A program made the position numbers and the translations under genes. Under the pieces are notes generated by a model. It saw nothing but the letters and a program-made list of their open reading frames with translations, was not told the origin of the DNA and ran no database searches. A DNA stretch of 44,744 nt from a virus, in the IMG/VR virus record IMGVR_UViG_3300027834_000011, positions 1 to 44,744 of that record. One strand, written 5' to 3'. Positions 33,357 through 43,330 of the stretch are shown piece after piece (position 1 is the stretch's first letter; every line of letters starts with the position of its first letter).

Positions 33357-33983
33357 ATGGCCAGCAAGAAAACAGCATCAGGCGTTCCGGGCACAGAGAG
33401 CCATCAAGATAAAGCGGGTGTCATCAGATCAGCCCCCAAAAGAGAAATTAAAAAGCCGCCAAGCAAGACAGGCAGGAAGGTTGGGAGGCCCAAGGGCAAG
33501 AAGAATAGAACAGCCAGCCAGATTGAGGCTGACAAGAACCGTAAGGCTGGAGTGTTAAAGCACAAGGCCACTTTAGCTGCTAAAGATCGGATGGCAGCGA
33601 GTGAGGCGCTTGATGAATTAGGATTTGACCCTCTCAAGTTTGCTGTTGATGTGGCCATGGGAAAAGAGCTAAAGATCAATCACCCATTCTTAAAGGTAAT
33701 CAATGGCCGTGTGAAGCAGTGGCAGCAGAGAGCTGAGAAAGGCATGGCCTTTGACCCTGCTGAGTTTGAAGAGTTCATGGCCATGGCTGTTAAGAGCCTT
33801 GGAGACTCATGGACGCCAATTGACTTGAGGAATAGGAATGCACTTGAGTTGATCAAGTACATTCACCCCCAGCTTAAGAGCCAAGACATCAATATGGGTG
33901 GGGCTATGGGCATAGCGGTGGTCACTCCATTGTGCAGAGAAGAGATAGAGTTGTTTGATAAGTGGTTTGGGGAGAATTACTAA
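33357..33983 (+). CDS. terS: Terminase small subunit (putative)
   Basis: It lies immediately upstream of terL and is TAATG-coupled to it. The N-terminus is basic (GRKVGRPKGKKNR). NALELIKYIHPQLKS resembles the conserved terS helix. Confidence 0.5.
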   Translation: MASKKTASGVPGTESHQDKAGVIRSAPKREIKKPPSKTGRKVGRPKGKKNRTASQIEADKNRKAGVLKHKATLAAKDRMAASEALDELGFDPLKFAVDVAMGKELKINHPFLKVINGRVKQWQQRAEKGMAFDPAEFEEFMAMAVKSLGDSWTPIDLRNRNALELIKYIHPQLKSQDINMGGAMGIAVVTPLCREEIELFDKWFGENY

Positions 33984-35467
33984 TGGATGATGAATTGTCC
34001 ATGAACACTAAGCGGATGCTAAAGCACAAATGTGAGAATGACCATATTGCCTTCACTCGCTATGTATTCAAGAACCTCATGAACCAGAAGTTCATTGTGA
34101 ATGAACACCACTCCCTTATAGCAGACACCCTGCGGAGGGTTGAGACAGGCGAGATCAAGCGCCTTGTCATTAATGTGCCACCCGGATACACCAAGACATT
34201 GATGGTGGTCCATACTTGGGTGGCTAGGATGATGGCCAAATACAATCGCTCTCGCTTTCTCCATCTCAGCTATTCTAATGATCTGGCCTTGTACAATTCC
34301 TCTGAGGTCAAGCGCATAATTGGCTCACCTGAGTATCAAGCCTTGTGGCCTATGACCATGCGTGATGATGCCAACTCTAAGGGGATGTGGTTCAATAACT
34401 TCTCTGGAGGCATGTACTCCAAATCAGCAGGTGGTCAGGTGACTGGTTTTCGTGCTGGCCTAATGGATGAAGAGAGCACAGACTTTGATGGCGCATTGAT
34501 CATTGATGATCCAGTCAAGCCAGATGATGCCCGGTCACAGCTCAAGAGGGAAAAGATCAACGACAACTTCAATGGCACAATCCTCTCTCGCCTTGCGCTC
34601 CCTAGAAAGACACCACTCATAGTGATCATGCAGAGGGTCCATGATGCTGACCTTAGTGGGTATTTGCTCAAGGGTGGCTCAAAGGATGATTGGCACCACC
34701 TTCTATTGCCTGTTGAGATTGAACAAGATGAGGCTTATCCTAGAGAGTTCACCCATGGCATTCCCATTCCCCATAAGCTAGAGGATGGCCCATTGTGGGA
34801 GTTCAAGCATAATGCTGAGGACATTGAGCAGCTCAAAGAGGCGCACCCATATACATACTGGGCACAATATGCCCAAAGGCCTCAACCTGTTGGCGACATC
34901 ATCTTTGAGGAGGCTTGGTGGAAGTATTACAACAGTGATGCCCTCCCTGCCTTTGAGTGGACAGCCATCTATGCTGATACTGCCCAAAAGATCAAAGAGC
35001 ATAATGACTATTCTGTATTCCAGTTGTGGGGCAAGCTTGATGGGTGCATCTATTTGATTGATCAGATCAGAGGCAAGTGGAAAGCCCCGGACCTTAGACG
35101 AAATGCCATTAACTTTGTTGAGAAGTGGCACAACCCCTCTGCTACATTCTCCAAGCTTCGATATATGAAGGTTGAGGACAAGGTGAGTGGAACGGGCCTC
35201 ATTCAAGACTTAGAAAAAGAGCTTAAAATTCCAGTGTTGCCGATTGAGCCAATAGGAGATAAGCTCTCAAGAGCAATGGATGGCTCACCATTTATTCAGT
35301 CCAGCCGGGTCTATCTCCCTGAGAAAGCTCCTTTTGTGATTGACTATCTTGATGAGTTCAATAAATTTAGTAGCGATGACAGCCATGATCATGATGACCA
35401 AGTTGACCCAACGCTCTATGCAATACAAGACATGATCCAAGGTGCTGTACATATTGGCACTTGGTAA
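33983..35467 (+). CDS. terL: Terminase large subunit
   Basis: ATPase motifs VINVPPGYTKT and ALIIDDPVK. Nuclease-domain acidic residues lie in IYADTAQK...DYSVFQLWG and DDSHDHDDQVD. 494 aa. Confidence 0.85.
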   Translation: MDDELSMNTKRMLKHKCENDHIAFTRYVFKNLMNQKFIVNEHHSLIADTLRRVETGEIKRLVINVPPGYTKTLMVVHTWVARMMAKYNRSRFLHLSYSNDLALYNSSEVKRIIGSPEYQALWPMTMRDDANSKGMWFNNFSGGMYSKSAGGQVTGFRAGLMDEESTDFDGALIIDDPVKPDDARSQLKREKINDNFNGTILSRLALPRKTPLIVIMQRVHDADLSGYLLKGGSKDDWHHLLLPVEIEQDEAYPREFTHGIPIPHKLEDGPLWEFKHNAEDIEQLKEAHPYTYWAQYAQRPQPVGDIIFEEAWWKYYNSDALPAFEWTAIYADTAQKIKEHNDYSVFQLWGKLDGCIYLIDQIRGKWKAPDLRRNAINFVEKWHNPSATFSKLRYMKVEDKVSGTGLIQDLEKELKIPVLPIEPIGDKLSRAMDGSPFIQSSRVYLPEKAPFVIDYLDEFNKFSSDDSHDHDDQVDPTLYAIQDMIQGAVHIGTW

Positions 35468-35481
35468 ACAGGAGAAGAAAT

Positions 35482-36297
35482 ATGACATATGGTGGAATTG
35501 TTGGAGGCCTTTCAAGCCTTGCCTCTGGAGTGGCTCCAGATCAAGCAATTGTGAATAAATTCTCTCACAGAGATGATTTGTCAACAAGTTTGAAAGATGT
35601 TTGGGATCACCCGGATGCTTCCTTGGAGTATTTGGGTGGAATTGGCTCTGGTGAGACAATGGACATTGTAAGGGCATCACCCACAATTGACAAAGTTGGC
35701 GGGACAGGTGCCCACTCAATTACTTTGTTTGGCATTGATGATGATGGATGGTATCAAGAGGCAACTTATTCTCTTGATGGGGAGGCAACCATCACAACAA
35801 CTGAAGTATGGTTGCGAGTTTGGAGGGTCAAAGTTGTTGGCCCATCTCAAGCTGGAGGTGACCCAAAGGTGCCAAATGTTGGTGACATAACAATCCAAGC
35901 AGCTACATCCTTGACAGTCCAATCATTTGTTGAGGCTGGTGCTGGTATCACTCACATGTCTCACTTTACAGTCCCAAGAGGCTTTGTTGGTGTCGGGATT
36001 TATCTCAATGGCACAACTGGCTCTGGCAAGGAAGTTGACTTGTTCTCTCTTGTAAGAGAGTCACCTCTTGATGGCACAGTTGGCCCATTCATAAGAGGAA
36101 GAAATTACAAGCTTCTTGAGACAGGAATTGAACAGACTGATGCAGCATTTCTTCCAGAACTTACTGATGTTTTATTTCAAGCAAAAACAATAGCAGGGAG
36201 TGCCACCATTGGGCTTACATTTCAAGTGCACTTGATCAAGAGCAGCCTTGTTGGATCAAACACCTTGAAAGAAATAACTGCTCAATTGAGCGCATAG
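35482..36297 (+). CDS. Hypothetical beta-rich protein inserted between terL and portal
   Basis: AGGAGA RBS, 271 aa, Gly/Thr/Val-rich beta-type sequence (HSITLFGIDDDGWYQEATYSLDGEATITTTEVWLRVWRVKVVG...). The family was not recognised. Confidence 0.5.
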   Translation: MTYGGIVGGLSSLASGVAPDQAIVNKFSHRDDLSTSLKDVWDHPDASLEYLGGIGSGETMDIVRASPTIDKVGGTGAHSITLFGIDDDGWYQEATYSLDGEATITTTEVWLRVWRVKVVGPSQAGGDPKVPNVGDITIQAATSLTVQSFVEAGAGITHMSHFTVPRGFVGVGIYLNGTTGSGKEVDLFSLVRESPLDGTVGPFIRGRNYKLLETGIEQTDAAFLPELTDVLFQAKTIAGSATIGLTFQVHLIKSSLVGSNTLKEITAQLSA

Positions 36298-36306
36298 GAA
36301 GCAACC

Positions 36307-37689
36307 ATGAAAATTCCCTTTACCAACATACACATTTCCACTAATGAGGATTTGTTCACATCCCGGTCAAAGTTCTTCCAGTCTTTTGGGTGGGGAGTTT
36401 CCATGGGTGGCATGCGTGATATCAATGACATCTTTGGCTATAGCACAAGCCGGACCTTCTTGGATTATTTCAGGGCATACCGCTTTGGTGATGTGGCCAA
36501 GCTGATCATTGACCTCCCAGCCAAGTCCTGTTGGCGTGGTGATATTAGGATTGTGGACAAGGATAACAAAGAGTTGATTGAAGATCAGATGCGCATTCTC
36601 AAAAAGATTAAGTTCTTTCAAAAATTAGAGCGTGCTGACATCCTTAACCGCATTGGGCGCTTCTCTGTTCTCTATGTGATGGTGCCTGATGGCATGGACC
36701 CTCACCAACCGCTTGCGACATCCTCCCCTGATCAATTGGAGAGGGTTTCTTTTGCCCCTTACTCTGAGGATGGCATCACCATCACTGCTTGGGACACTGA
36801 GCCAACATCTCAGCGCTTTGGGCTTCCTACAATGTACAACTTGCAGGTGATTTCTCGTGGAGAGAAGGAGCAAACAGATGTGCGTGGTGCTGTCCAAGTT
36901 CACTGGACAAGGATTATCCATATGGCTGAGGGAGCGCTTGACAGTGATGTTGAGGGCATGCCAACATTGGAGAACTTGCTCAACCGTCTTGTTGATTTGA
37001 ACAAGGTTGTTGGTGGATCGGCTGAAGCTTACTTTAGGAATGCCAGACAGAAGCTGGCGCTTGAGTCAGACCCCAAATTTGCTGTCAAGATGGATGATGA
37101 GACAAAGGCAGCGCTCAAGACAGAGGCTGATAAGTTCCAAAATAACTGGACAGACATATTGAAGCTGTCCGGGCTTAAAGCTAACATGCTCCAAGTCACT
37201 CATGCTGACCCAGAGGGAAGCTTCAACACAATCATTCGCCTTTTGGCTGGTGCTGCTGGCATCCCAATCCGGGTGCTTCTGGGAATTGGCGTTGGCCAAC
37301 TATCTGGTGCTGAGGACAAGGCCAGCTATGCAGAGCGCATTACTGAGCGCAGAGAGAGTGATTGTGAAGGGTGGCTCTGGCGTGGTCTTGAAATCCTAGC
37401 CAATGCTAAGATGCTGGATGATGTCTTTCTTGAGGGAGAGGTTGATTGGCCAGAGGTTTCTGCTTCCACTGAGGCTGAAGAAGCTGATATTGCTGTTAAG
37501 AAAGCTCAAGCCCTCGCTTTGACTTCTAATGCCCTTGGGCCTGTTGGTGGATTGGCTGATGAAGTTACCGCAGAGCAAGCCATTGAGGACATTCTTGGGA
37601 TGGAGTATAAGCCTGACACTGCTGCGCTAGATGATGACGCAGAGATGGAAGAGGAAGCTGCAAGGATGGCTGCTGAGGGGGCTGAGTAA
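36307..37689 (+). CDS. Portal protein
   Basis: 460 aa. It sits after terL and before the MuF-like gene, and has an acidic C-terminal tail. It looks DUF1073/HI1409-like by eye (FRAYRFGDVAKLIIDLPAKSCWRG). Confidence 0.75.
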   Translation: MKIPFTNIHISTNEDLFTSRSKFFQSFGWGVSMGGMRDINDIFGYSTSRTFLDYFRAYRFGDVAKLIIDLPAKSCWRGDIRIVDKDNKELIEDQMRILKKIKFFQKLERADILNRIGRFSVLYVMVPDGMDPHQPLATSSPDQLERVSFAPYSEDGITITAWDTEPTSQRFGLPTMYNLQVISRGEKEQTDVRGAVQVHWTRIIHMAEGALDSDVEGMPTLENLLNRLVDLNKVVGGSAEAYFRNARQKLALESDPKFAVKMDDETKAALKTEADKFQNNWTDILKLSGLKANMLQVTHADPEGSFNTIIRLLAGAAGIPIRVLLGIGVGQLSGAEDKASYAERITERRESDCEGWLWRGLEILANAKMLDDVFLEGEVDWPEVSASTEAEEADIAVKKAQALALTSNALGPVGGLADEVTAEQAIEDILGMEYKPDTAALDDDAEMEEEAARMAAEGAE

Positions 37690-38577
37690 TTGGCTGGAAC
37701 CCATAATCCAACCAAGACACTGACCATCCAGAAGCAGTGGCGGCGTGAAGTTGATAAGCGGTACAGAGATTTGTCCCGGGCTATCAACAAAGCGCTCCTT
37801 CTTGGTGATGCTGGTGGCTTTGTGTTCAATGAGAGTGCATTCCAGTTCAAGGACAACCCCAAGGCTGTTGTTGAGTTCATGCTCTGGCTTCAAGGGCAGA
37901 TTGATCAGAAGATTTTGGACAATAAGAATATTGTGACTGCCTCAACTGACTTTTGGCAGAACAAATATATTGACCGGGCATACATCTCTGGGATGGAAAG
38001 AGCAAAAGCTCAACTGAGGAAAGCACCCACATCACTAGGCAAGCTCCTAGAGGATATCAAGCCAGCAGACATCAATGGGACAGCCAAGATGCATCTTGGT
38101 GCAGGCATTGGAGGGGGCAGCGCCTTTATTGGTGTTCCAATCCACCTTGATGCCATTCAAACGCTGTACACCAGAGACTTTGCGCAACTTAAGGGCATCA
38201 CTGATGCCATGAGCCAACAGATTTCCAGAGTGCTGTATGAAGGGGTTGAGCAGGGGCTTGGGATGGCTGAAGTTGCCCGCAATATCAATGACCGGGTGAA
38301 CAAGATTGGCCGGACAAGGTCAAGGTTATTGTCCCGGACTGAAACTGTGAGATCATACAATGTTGGTGTGATCAATGAAGGGATTGAGACAGGGAGAAGG
38401 TTCAATGAGGTAGTAAATTACAAGTGGGCTGACTCAGATGATGGGGCAGTGCGCCCAGAACACTTAGCGAGGGATGGCCTTGTCTACAATGCTGGCACTG
38501 CATTCTCCCTTATTGGTGAGCCAAATTGCAGGTGCGCTTTGATCCCTGTGATTGGCCAAAAAGTAACTGGATCATAA
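37690..38577 (+). CDS. Head morphogenesis protein (SPP1 gp7 / Mu F-like)
   Basis: RTETVRSYNVGV...W.DSDDGAVRPEHLARDGLVY...GEPNCRCALIP is the hallmark C-terminal motif. The TTG start directly follows the portal stop. Confidence 0.8.
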   Translation: MAGTHNPTKTLTIQKQWRREVDKRYRDLSRAINKALLLGDAGGFVFNESAFQFKDNPKAVVEFMLWLQGQIDQKILDNKNIVTASTDFWQNKYIDRAYISGMERAKAQLRKAPTSLGKLLEDIKPADINGTAKMHLGAGIGGGSAFIGVPIHLDAIQTLYTRDFAQLKGITDAMSQQISRVLYEGVEQGLGMAEVARNINDRVNKIGRTRSRLLSRTETVRSYNVGVINEGIETGRRFNEVVNYKWADSDDGAVRPEHLARDGLVYNAGTAFSLIGEPNCRCALIPVIGQKVTGS

Positions 38578-38634
38578 AAATAATTTCTCTTTTGTTTTTG
38601 GTCACAGTAATATTGTTCATGAAATAGGTGAAAT

Positions 38635-39957
38635 ATGAAAATTGCGATTAATTCAACGACTGATGGCCACTATAGGACTGAGATGCTCAACAACCGTGAG
38701 CACATAGTCACTACAATGGTGCCCATTGTCGGAAATACCGTTATGAATGGGGGCTTCTATTCTGATGCTGAGGTTGAAAAATCTTACAATCAGCTTGATA
38801 TGCTTCCAGCCCCTAACAAGCACCCAACCGTTGCAGGGCAGAATGTCTCTGCCTTCCACCCTCTCGCTGTCAATGCCCAGAACTTTGGTGCAGTTGTTCG
38901 CAACCCCACTAAGGAGGGAGAAGTTGTCACCAATGAGCTATGGGTTGACGCCGAGGTGGCCAATAAGTCCAAAGATGGCAAAGAGCTTATCAAGCGGATC
39001 AAGAACAAGAAGAAGGTTGGCGTGAGCACCGGGCTGACCTTAAAGCAGAGAGCTGCCAATGGCACTGCTGCTGATGGAAAAGATTACACTTGGGAGGGGG
39101 CTGACTTCAAGTTTGATCATGTGGCAATCCTCCTTAATGAGAAAGCTGCTGGTGACCATGTAGGCACTGCACTGAAATTTAATGAGGGGCAAGATGATGA
39201 GGACACAATTGATATTGTTCAAATCAACGAGCTGACCACAACCCAATTATATCAGAAGCTGCGTGAGCTAATCACACCAGCACGCTCTGATGATTGTCAC
39301 GTTTATGCTTGGCCAGATGAAATCTTTCCTGACTCCAAGCAATTTATTTATGAAAAGAGAATTCGTGGTGAGAAGAGGAAGCTCTTCAAGCGTGGATATG
39401 CCATTGACAGTAATGACGTTGTCACACTGCTTGGCGATGAAGTTGAGGTGGTCAAAAAGATCACCTTTGAACCCGTTGGTGAACAAAACACCAATAATAT
39501 GGAGAATGAAATGCCCAAAGAAGATAAAGCAGTGAAAGCTGCAGCCGCTTCAAGTGGTCAAGAGGCAGGTGCTGCACCAACGGTGTCCAATGAAGATGCC
39601 ATTGCGAATGCACAAGCTTTGCTGAAAGAGAATGGCTTCACAGCCAACTCTGAAGCTGACCAAGCTAAAATTGACAAGCTGCTTGCCAACTCCGATAAGC
39701 TGGAAAGCCTATTGGCGAATGAGGACACCCGAATTGGTGAAATCAAAGCAGATATTGTCAAAAACTCAACCATGACTGAAGATGAGCTTGAAGGCATGTC
39801 TGAAGGTGTGTTGACCAAGCTTCAAAATCAATTCCGTCCAGCTAACTACTCTGGCCAAGGCGGTTCTGGCGTAACAAACACCAATGGTGATGATGCACCT
39901 GCTGGCGGTTATGGTGCTGACTCTTTTGAAGCAAACGCAAACAAGGAGGACAAGTAA
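38635..39957 (+). CDS. Prohead protease/scaffold-type protein (DUF2213-like N-terminus, coiled Ala/Glu-rich C-terminus)
   Basis: VGVSTGLTLKQRAANGTAADGKDYTWEGADFKFDHVAILLNEKAAGD resembles the S.GY...G...G..Y...Q.dI..NHVA motif. It sits before the decoration and capsid genes. Confidence 0.55.
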   Translation: MKIAINSTTDGHYRTEMLNNREHIVTTMVPIVGNTVMNGGFYSDAEVEKSYNQLDMLPAPNKHPTVAGQNVSAFHPLAVNAQNFGAVVRNPTKEGEVVTNELWVDAEVANKSKDGKELIKRIKNKKKVGVSTGLTLKQRAANGTAADGKDYTWEGADFKFDHVAILLNEKAAGDHVGTALKFNEGQDDEDTIDIVQINELTTTQLYQKLRELITPARSDDCHVYAWPDEIFPDSKQFIYEKRIRGEKRKLFKRGYAIDSNDVVTLLGDEVEVVKKITFEPVGEQNTNNMENEMPKEDKAVKAAAASSGQEAGAAPTVSNEDAIANAQALLKENGFTANSEADQAKIDKLLANSDKLESLLANEDTRIGEIKADIVKNSTMTEDELEGMSEGVLTKLQNQFRPANYSGQGGSGVTNTNGDDAPAGGYGADSFEANANKEDK

Positions 39958-39958
39958 C

Positions 39959-40426
39959 ATGGCTGGTTCACCAAATACAATCCTGCTTTCCGCTTATGAT
40001 GAGCGCTTGAGCAGCAAAGGTGTAAAAGAGGCTCTTAGTGATGCTGCTATTACACCGGGTCACTTGATTGAACGCACAGCGACTGGTGTTGCTGTTCATT
40101 CCTCTTCAAATGGCCGTGCGCAGAAAATCTTTGCGCTTGAAAATGTTGCTGATGCTTCTGGCATTGATGATGCATACGTTGCTGGCGAGACAACCCGCTT
40201 TTGGTTTGGCCGTGCTGGTGATGAAATCTATGCACTCATTCCTGCTGCAGCCCCTGCAATTGTAAAAGGCGATGGCCTTGCCTCAAATGGTGATGGCACA
40301 TTGGTCAAAGTGACAGATACAGCTCTTGGCGCTCCGCTTGATGAAGTGGTTGTGGCTTATGCAGCTGAAGATGTTGACAACTCTGGTGGCGGCACTGCTG
40401 TTCGCCTAATCGTGGAGGTAGCATAG
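39959..40426 (+). CDS. Head decoration / capsid-associated protein (DUF2190-like by eye)
   Basis: AAGGAGG RBS before ATG 39959. 155 aa, Ala/Gly/Val-rich. It lies immediately upstream of the major capsid gene. Confidence 0.5.
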   Translation: MAGSPNTILLSAYDERLSSKGVKEALSDAAITPGHLIERTATGVAVHSSSNGRAQKIFALENVADASGIDDAYVAGETTRFWFGRAGDEIYALIPAAAPAIVKGDGLASNGDGTLVKVTDTALGAPLDEVVVAYAAEDVDNSGGGTAVRLIVEVA

Positions 40427-40427
40427 T

Positions 40428-41447
40428 ATGACCGCAATTATTACTGATATCCACTCACCTGAATATGCATCTATTGCAAACAAGGTGATGAATGAAGATG
40501 TTGCGTGGAATAACGCATTGATGGACAGCCCTGATGGCAAACGCATTGTTAATGCGGATGGCACATTGCGCCATGAAGATCATCGCCGCATCATGGAAAA
40601 GTTGGTGACTGTTCGCCGCTTGAACTTGAACGGCATCAAGGATCTGTTTGCTGCTGGGCTTACAAGCTCAGAGAGCATTGGCACAACTTTGGTTGGCCGT
40701 GAATCAATTGATGAGTTCCGCGCTGCTAAGACATCTATGAACCCTGTCGCTGGTGATAACAACCAGATTGACTTCCTCTTGAAGTATGTTCCACTCCCTA
40801 TTAACCATAGTGGTTGGCGCATCCCATTCCGTCAGATTGGCTTCCCTTATAAGCAATCAACCGGGATGACTGAGTCAGTTCGTCAAGTGAATGAAGCTAC
40901 TGAGAACATGCTGTTCAATGGTAACTCAGACATTGTTGTTGATATCAATGGCGTTAAAGCGGAAATCAAAGGTTACACTACAACCTCTTTCCGTCAGACA
41001 CTAGCTATCAGTGACTGGACAGACTTGGCAACCAACCGTGAGAAGATTGTTGATGAGACACTAGAGATGGTGAGCTTGGCATTCCGTGAAGCTTCTGTTT
41101 CTGATGCAAATTCAATGATCCTTTATGTTGGTAAAGCCATCTGGACAAACATGCAGGCTGATTACACCCTTCAAAAAGGTGACAAGACGCTCAAGCAACG
41201 CATTGAAGATATTGCTGAGATCAAAGAAGTTAAATATGCGGATAAGCTCCGTGATATTGAAGTTCTATTGGTTGAAATGTCTGATGCAACAATTGAGCTT
41301 GCCGTTGCAGCCCGCACAACCACAGTCCCAGTTCGCCGGACATCTGATGTTGATGATCAAGCATTCTTCACATACAATAGTATGGTGCCAATCATCAAAG
41401 AAGATCGCAATGGCAAAACTGGTATTGTTCATGGCACACGCCCATAG
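40428..41447 (+). CDS. Major capsid protein
   Basis: 339 aa, GGAGGT RBS. Position and size are typical of HK97-fold capsid genes that follow scaffold and decoration genes. Confidence 0.7.
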   Translation: MTAIITDIHSPEYASIANKVMNEDVAWNNALMDSPDGKRIVNADGTLRHEDHRRIMEKLVTVRRLNLNGIKDLFAAGLTSSESIGTTLVGRESIDEFRAAKTSMNPVAGDNNQIDFLLKYVPLPINHSGWRIPFRQIGFPYKQSTGMTESVRQVNEATENMLFNGNSDIVVDINGVKAEIKGYTTTSFRQTLAISDWTDLATNREKIVDETLEMVSLAFREASVSDANSMILYVGKAIWTNMQADYTLQKGDKTLKQRIEDIAEIKEVKYADKLRDIEVLLVEMSDATIELAVAARTTTVPVRRTSDVDDQAFFTYNSMVPIIKEDRNGKTGIVHGTRP

Positions 41448-41461
41448 AAAGGAACTGACTA

Positions 41462-41851
41462 ATGGCTAAAGAGAAAACACAGAAGTATCGCGTCACGCAT
41501 GGTGGAATTCACACTGGCGGTAAGAACTCAGAAGAGCGCAAAATTGGCTCTACTGTTGAGCTAACTGATGCTGGCGCACGTTCCTTGGCTGGTAAAGTCA
41601 CACCGCTTGCTGAGTGGGAGAAGGCCAATGCGTCAACTCCTAATTCAGAAGAGGTTCAGAAGCTTGCTGCCTCTTTGGATAAAACCAAAGAGCAGCTTTC
41701 AGAAGCTAAAGAGCAATTGTCAGCAGCCAAAGAAGCCAACGCTGACTTTGCTACATCAAATGAGGATTTGGCCAAGGCCAATGAGGCGCTTGATAAAGAG
41801 CTAAAGGCAGCTCAAGCTGAGATCAAAAAGCTTACACCCAAGGCCAAGTAG
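41462..41851 (+). CDS. Coiled-coil hypothetical protein (head-associated?)
   Basis: 129 aa. The C-terminal two thirds are heptad-like (KTKEQLSEAKEQLSAAKEANADF...LDKELKAAQAEIKKL). Confidence 0.5.
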   Translation: MAKEKTQKYRVTHGGIHTGGKNSEERKIGSTVELTDAGARSLAGKVTPLAEWEKANASTPNSEEVQKLAASLDKTKEQLSEAKEQLSAAKEANADFATSNEDLAKANEALDKELKAAQAEIKKLTPKAK

Positions 41852-42226
41852 TTGGCCCGGGTAACTGATGCAGAAGTGAGAGAGGTTGCTCCTAATTTGG
41901 ATGCATCTCTCTCACTTGATGCTTTTATCACCGCAGCCGATTTGGTAGTGGATAGGATTGCAGCTGGTTGTGGTTCAGATTTTTCTGATCCTCTGCTCAA
42001 GGAAATTTCTCGTTGGTATTCTGCCCACTTGGCAACTGTTGCCTCACCAGAGGCAAGAGGGCTTGTCAAAGAGAAGTTTGAAGGGGCTGAAAACACCTTC
42101 CAATCATTCACTGCTGGCTCTGGTGTTATGTCCACTCAGTATGGCCAAATGGCCAATCAAATTTCCAATGGCTGTCTTGAAGAGGCCACAATCAGGGAGG
42201 CGAAGGCACTTTTTGCACAATCATGA
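41852..42226 (+). CDS. Head-tail adaptor/connector protein (DUF4054-like by eye)
   Basis: The TTG start follows the upstream stop. The TDAEVREV...ISRWYSAHLATVA pattern and its position after the capsid gene support the call. Confidence 0.5.
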   Translation: MARVTDAEVREVAPNLDASLSLDAFITAADLVVDRIAAGCGSDFSDPLLKEISRWYSAHLATVASPEARGLVKEKFEGAENTFQSFTAGSGVMSTQYGQMANQISNGCLEEATIREAKALFAQS

Positions 42227-42546
42227 GTTCATTCAAAACCCCACAAACAATCACCTATTGGTTGCCCGGCGCTCTTAATGGCTCTGGCGGCAAGGTCTGG
42301 GCTGTTGGCGTAAAGGTTGCAGCGAGGGTTGCCACCAAGGTCAAAGAAGTGATTGGGCCTGATGGGAGCAAGCAGCTTACCACAAACGCTATTTATTCAA
42401 GAGTTGACATCCCTATTGATGCCATGATTGCTGTTGGTGATTATGAAGGCCAAGCCGCACCAGAGCCTCAGTCCACCAAGGCCAAGAGTGTGATATTCCG
42501 TGTGACTAATGAGACAATGTCAGATATGTTTATGGTCTATGTCTAA
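42223..42546 (+). CDS. Head closure / head-tail joining protein (putative)
   Basis: ATGA coupling, 107 aa, located in the connector block. Confidence 0.4.
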   Translation: MSSFKTPQTITYWLPGALNGSGGKVWAVGVKVAARVATKVKEVIGPDGSKQLTTNAIYSRVDIPIDAMIAVGDYEGQAAPEPQSTKAKSVIFRVTNETMSDMFMVYV

Positions 42547-42929
42547 TGGCCAAGGGCATGACACTCAAAGTCAAACAAGTTGGGCAAAAGAAATTTAAGC
42601 GGAGGCTCAAGAAAGAGTTGAACAAGATTGAAGGCGACTTGGAGAAGGGCATGACATTTGGGTTGATAGCACTCCAAGAAGATGTTGAGGAAATCACCCC
42701 AAGGCGAGATGGCTTTTTGATTGGCTCTATGTTCACTGCAGCCAGAAAGGCTAGAAATAAGATTGTTGGGCGCATTGGCTTCACTCAAAAATATGCTGCC
42801 ATTGTCCATGAGATGCCTGATGATACAAATTGGACAAAGCCAACTTCAGAAAGCAAATTCCTTGAGAAGGGGGTTGAGAGAAATTTGGACAAGTTTATTA
42901 AGGTTGTTAAGAGGTATGCAAGACGATGA
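42546..42929 (+). CDS. Tail completion protein, HK97 gp10-like
   Basis: TAATG coupling. ITPRRDGFLIGSMF...GFTQKYAAIVHE resembles the vP.dTG.L..s...Ya..vE pattern. Confidence 0.5.
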   Translation: MAKGMTLKVKQVGQKKFKRRLKKELNKIEGDLEKGMTFGLIALQEDVEEITPRRDGFLIGSMFTAARKARNKIVGRIGFTQKYAAIVHEMPDDTNWTKPTSESKFLEKGVERNLDKFIKVVKRYARR

Positions 42930-43330
42930 TGAATTCAGTCACACAAGACATTGCTGATCTATTGGTTGCGGCTGGCCTTGGCACTCTTGGCACAAACCTC
43001 TTCCACCCAGCATTTGGGCCTGATGATCTTGATGTTCAAACCATGATTGGAAGCTCTGGTGGCATGGATGCTATTCCATCCCTCTCTTATGAGCAACCAA
43101 ACTTTCAGGTGATGTGTCGAGGGGAGCGAGAGGGTGACGCCATGGATGTCTATACAACCATTCGCACCATCTTTGAATACCTCAACAACAAGGACCGGGA
43201 TGGTGAGGTGATTAATGGCACAACATATCTAGGCTTCCACCCAAAGGGCAATGTTGCCAGCCTTGGTATGGATGAGCACAAGCGCTATGTGTACACAATG
43301 AACTTCTATACATTCAGGAACCCAGCATGA
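42926..43330 (+). CDS. Tail terminator / minor capsid 2-type protein
   Basis: DIADLLVAAGLGTLGTNLFHPAFGP...FQVMCRGE pattern. It is the last gene before the tail tube genes. Confidence 0.5.
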   Translation: MMNSVTQDIADLLVAAGLGTLGTNLFHPAFGPDDLDVQTMIGSSGGMDAIPSLSYEQPNFQVMCRGEREGDAMDVYTTIRTIFEYLNNKDRDGEVINGTTYLGFHPKGNVASLGMDEHKRYVYTMNFYTFRNPA

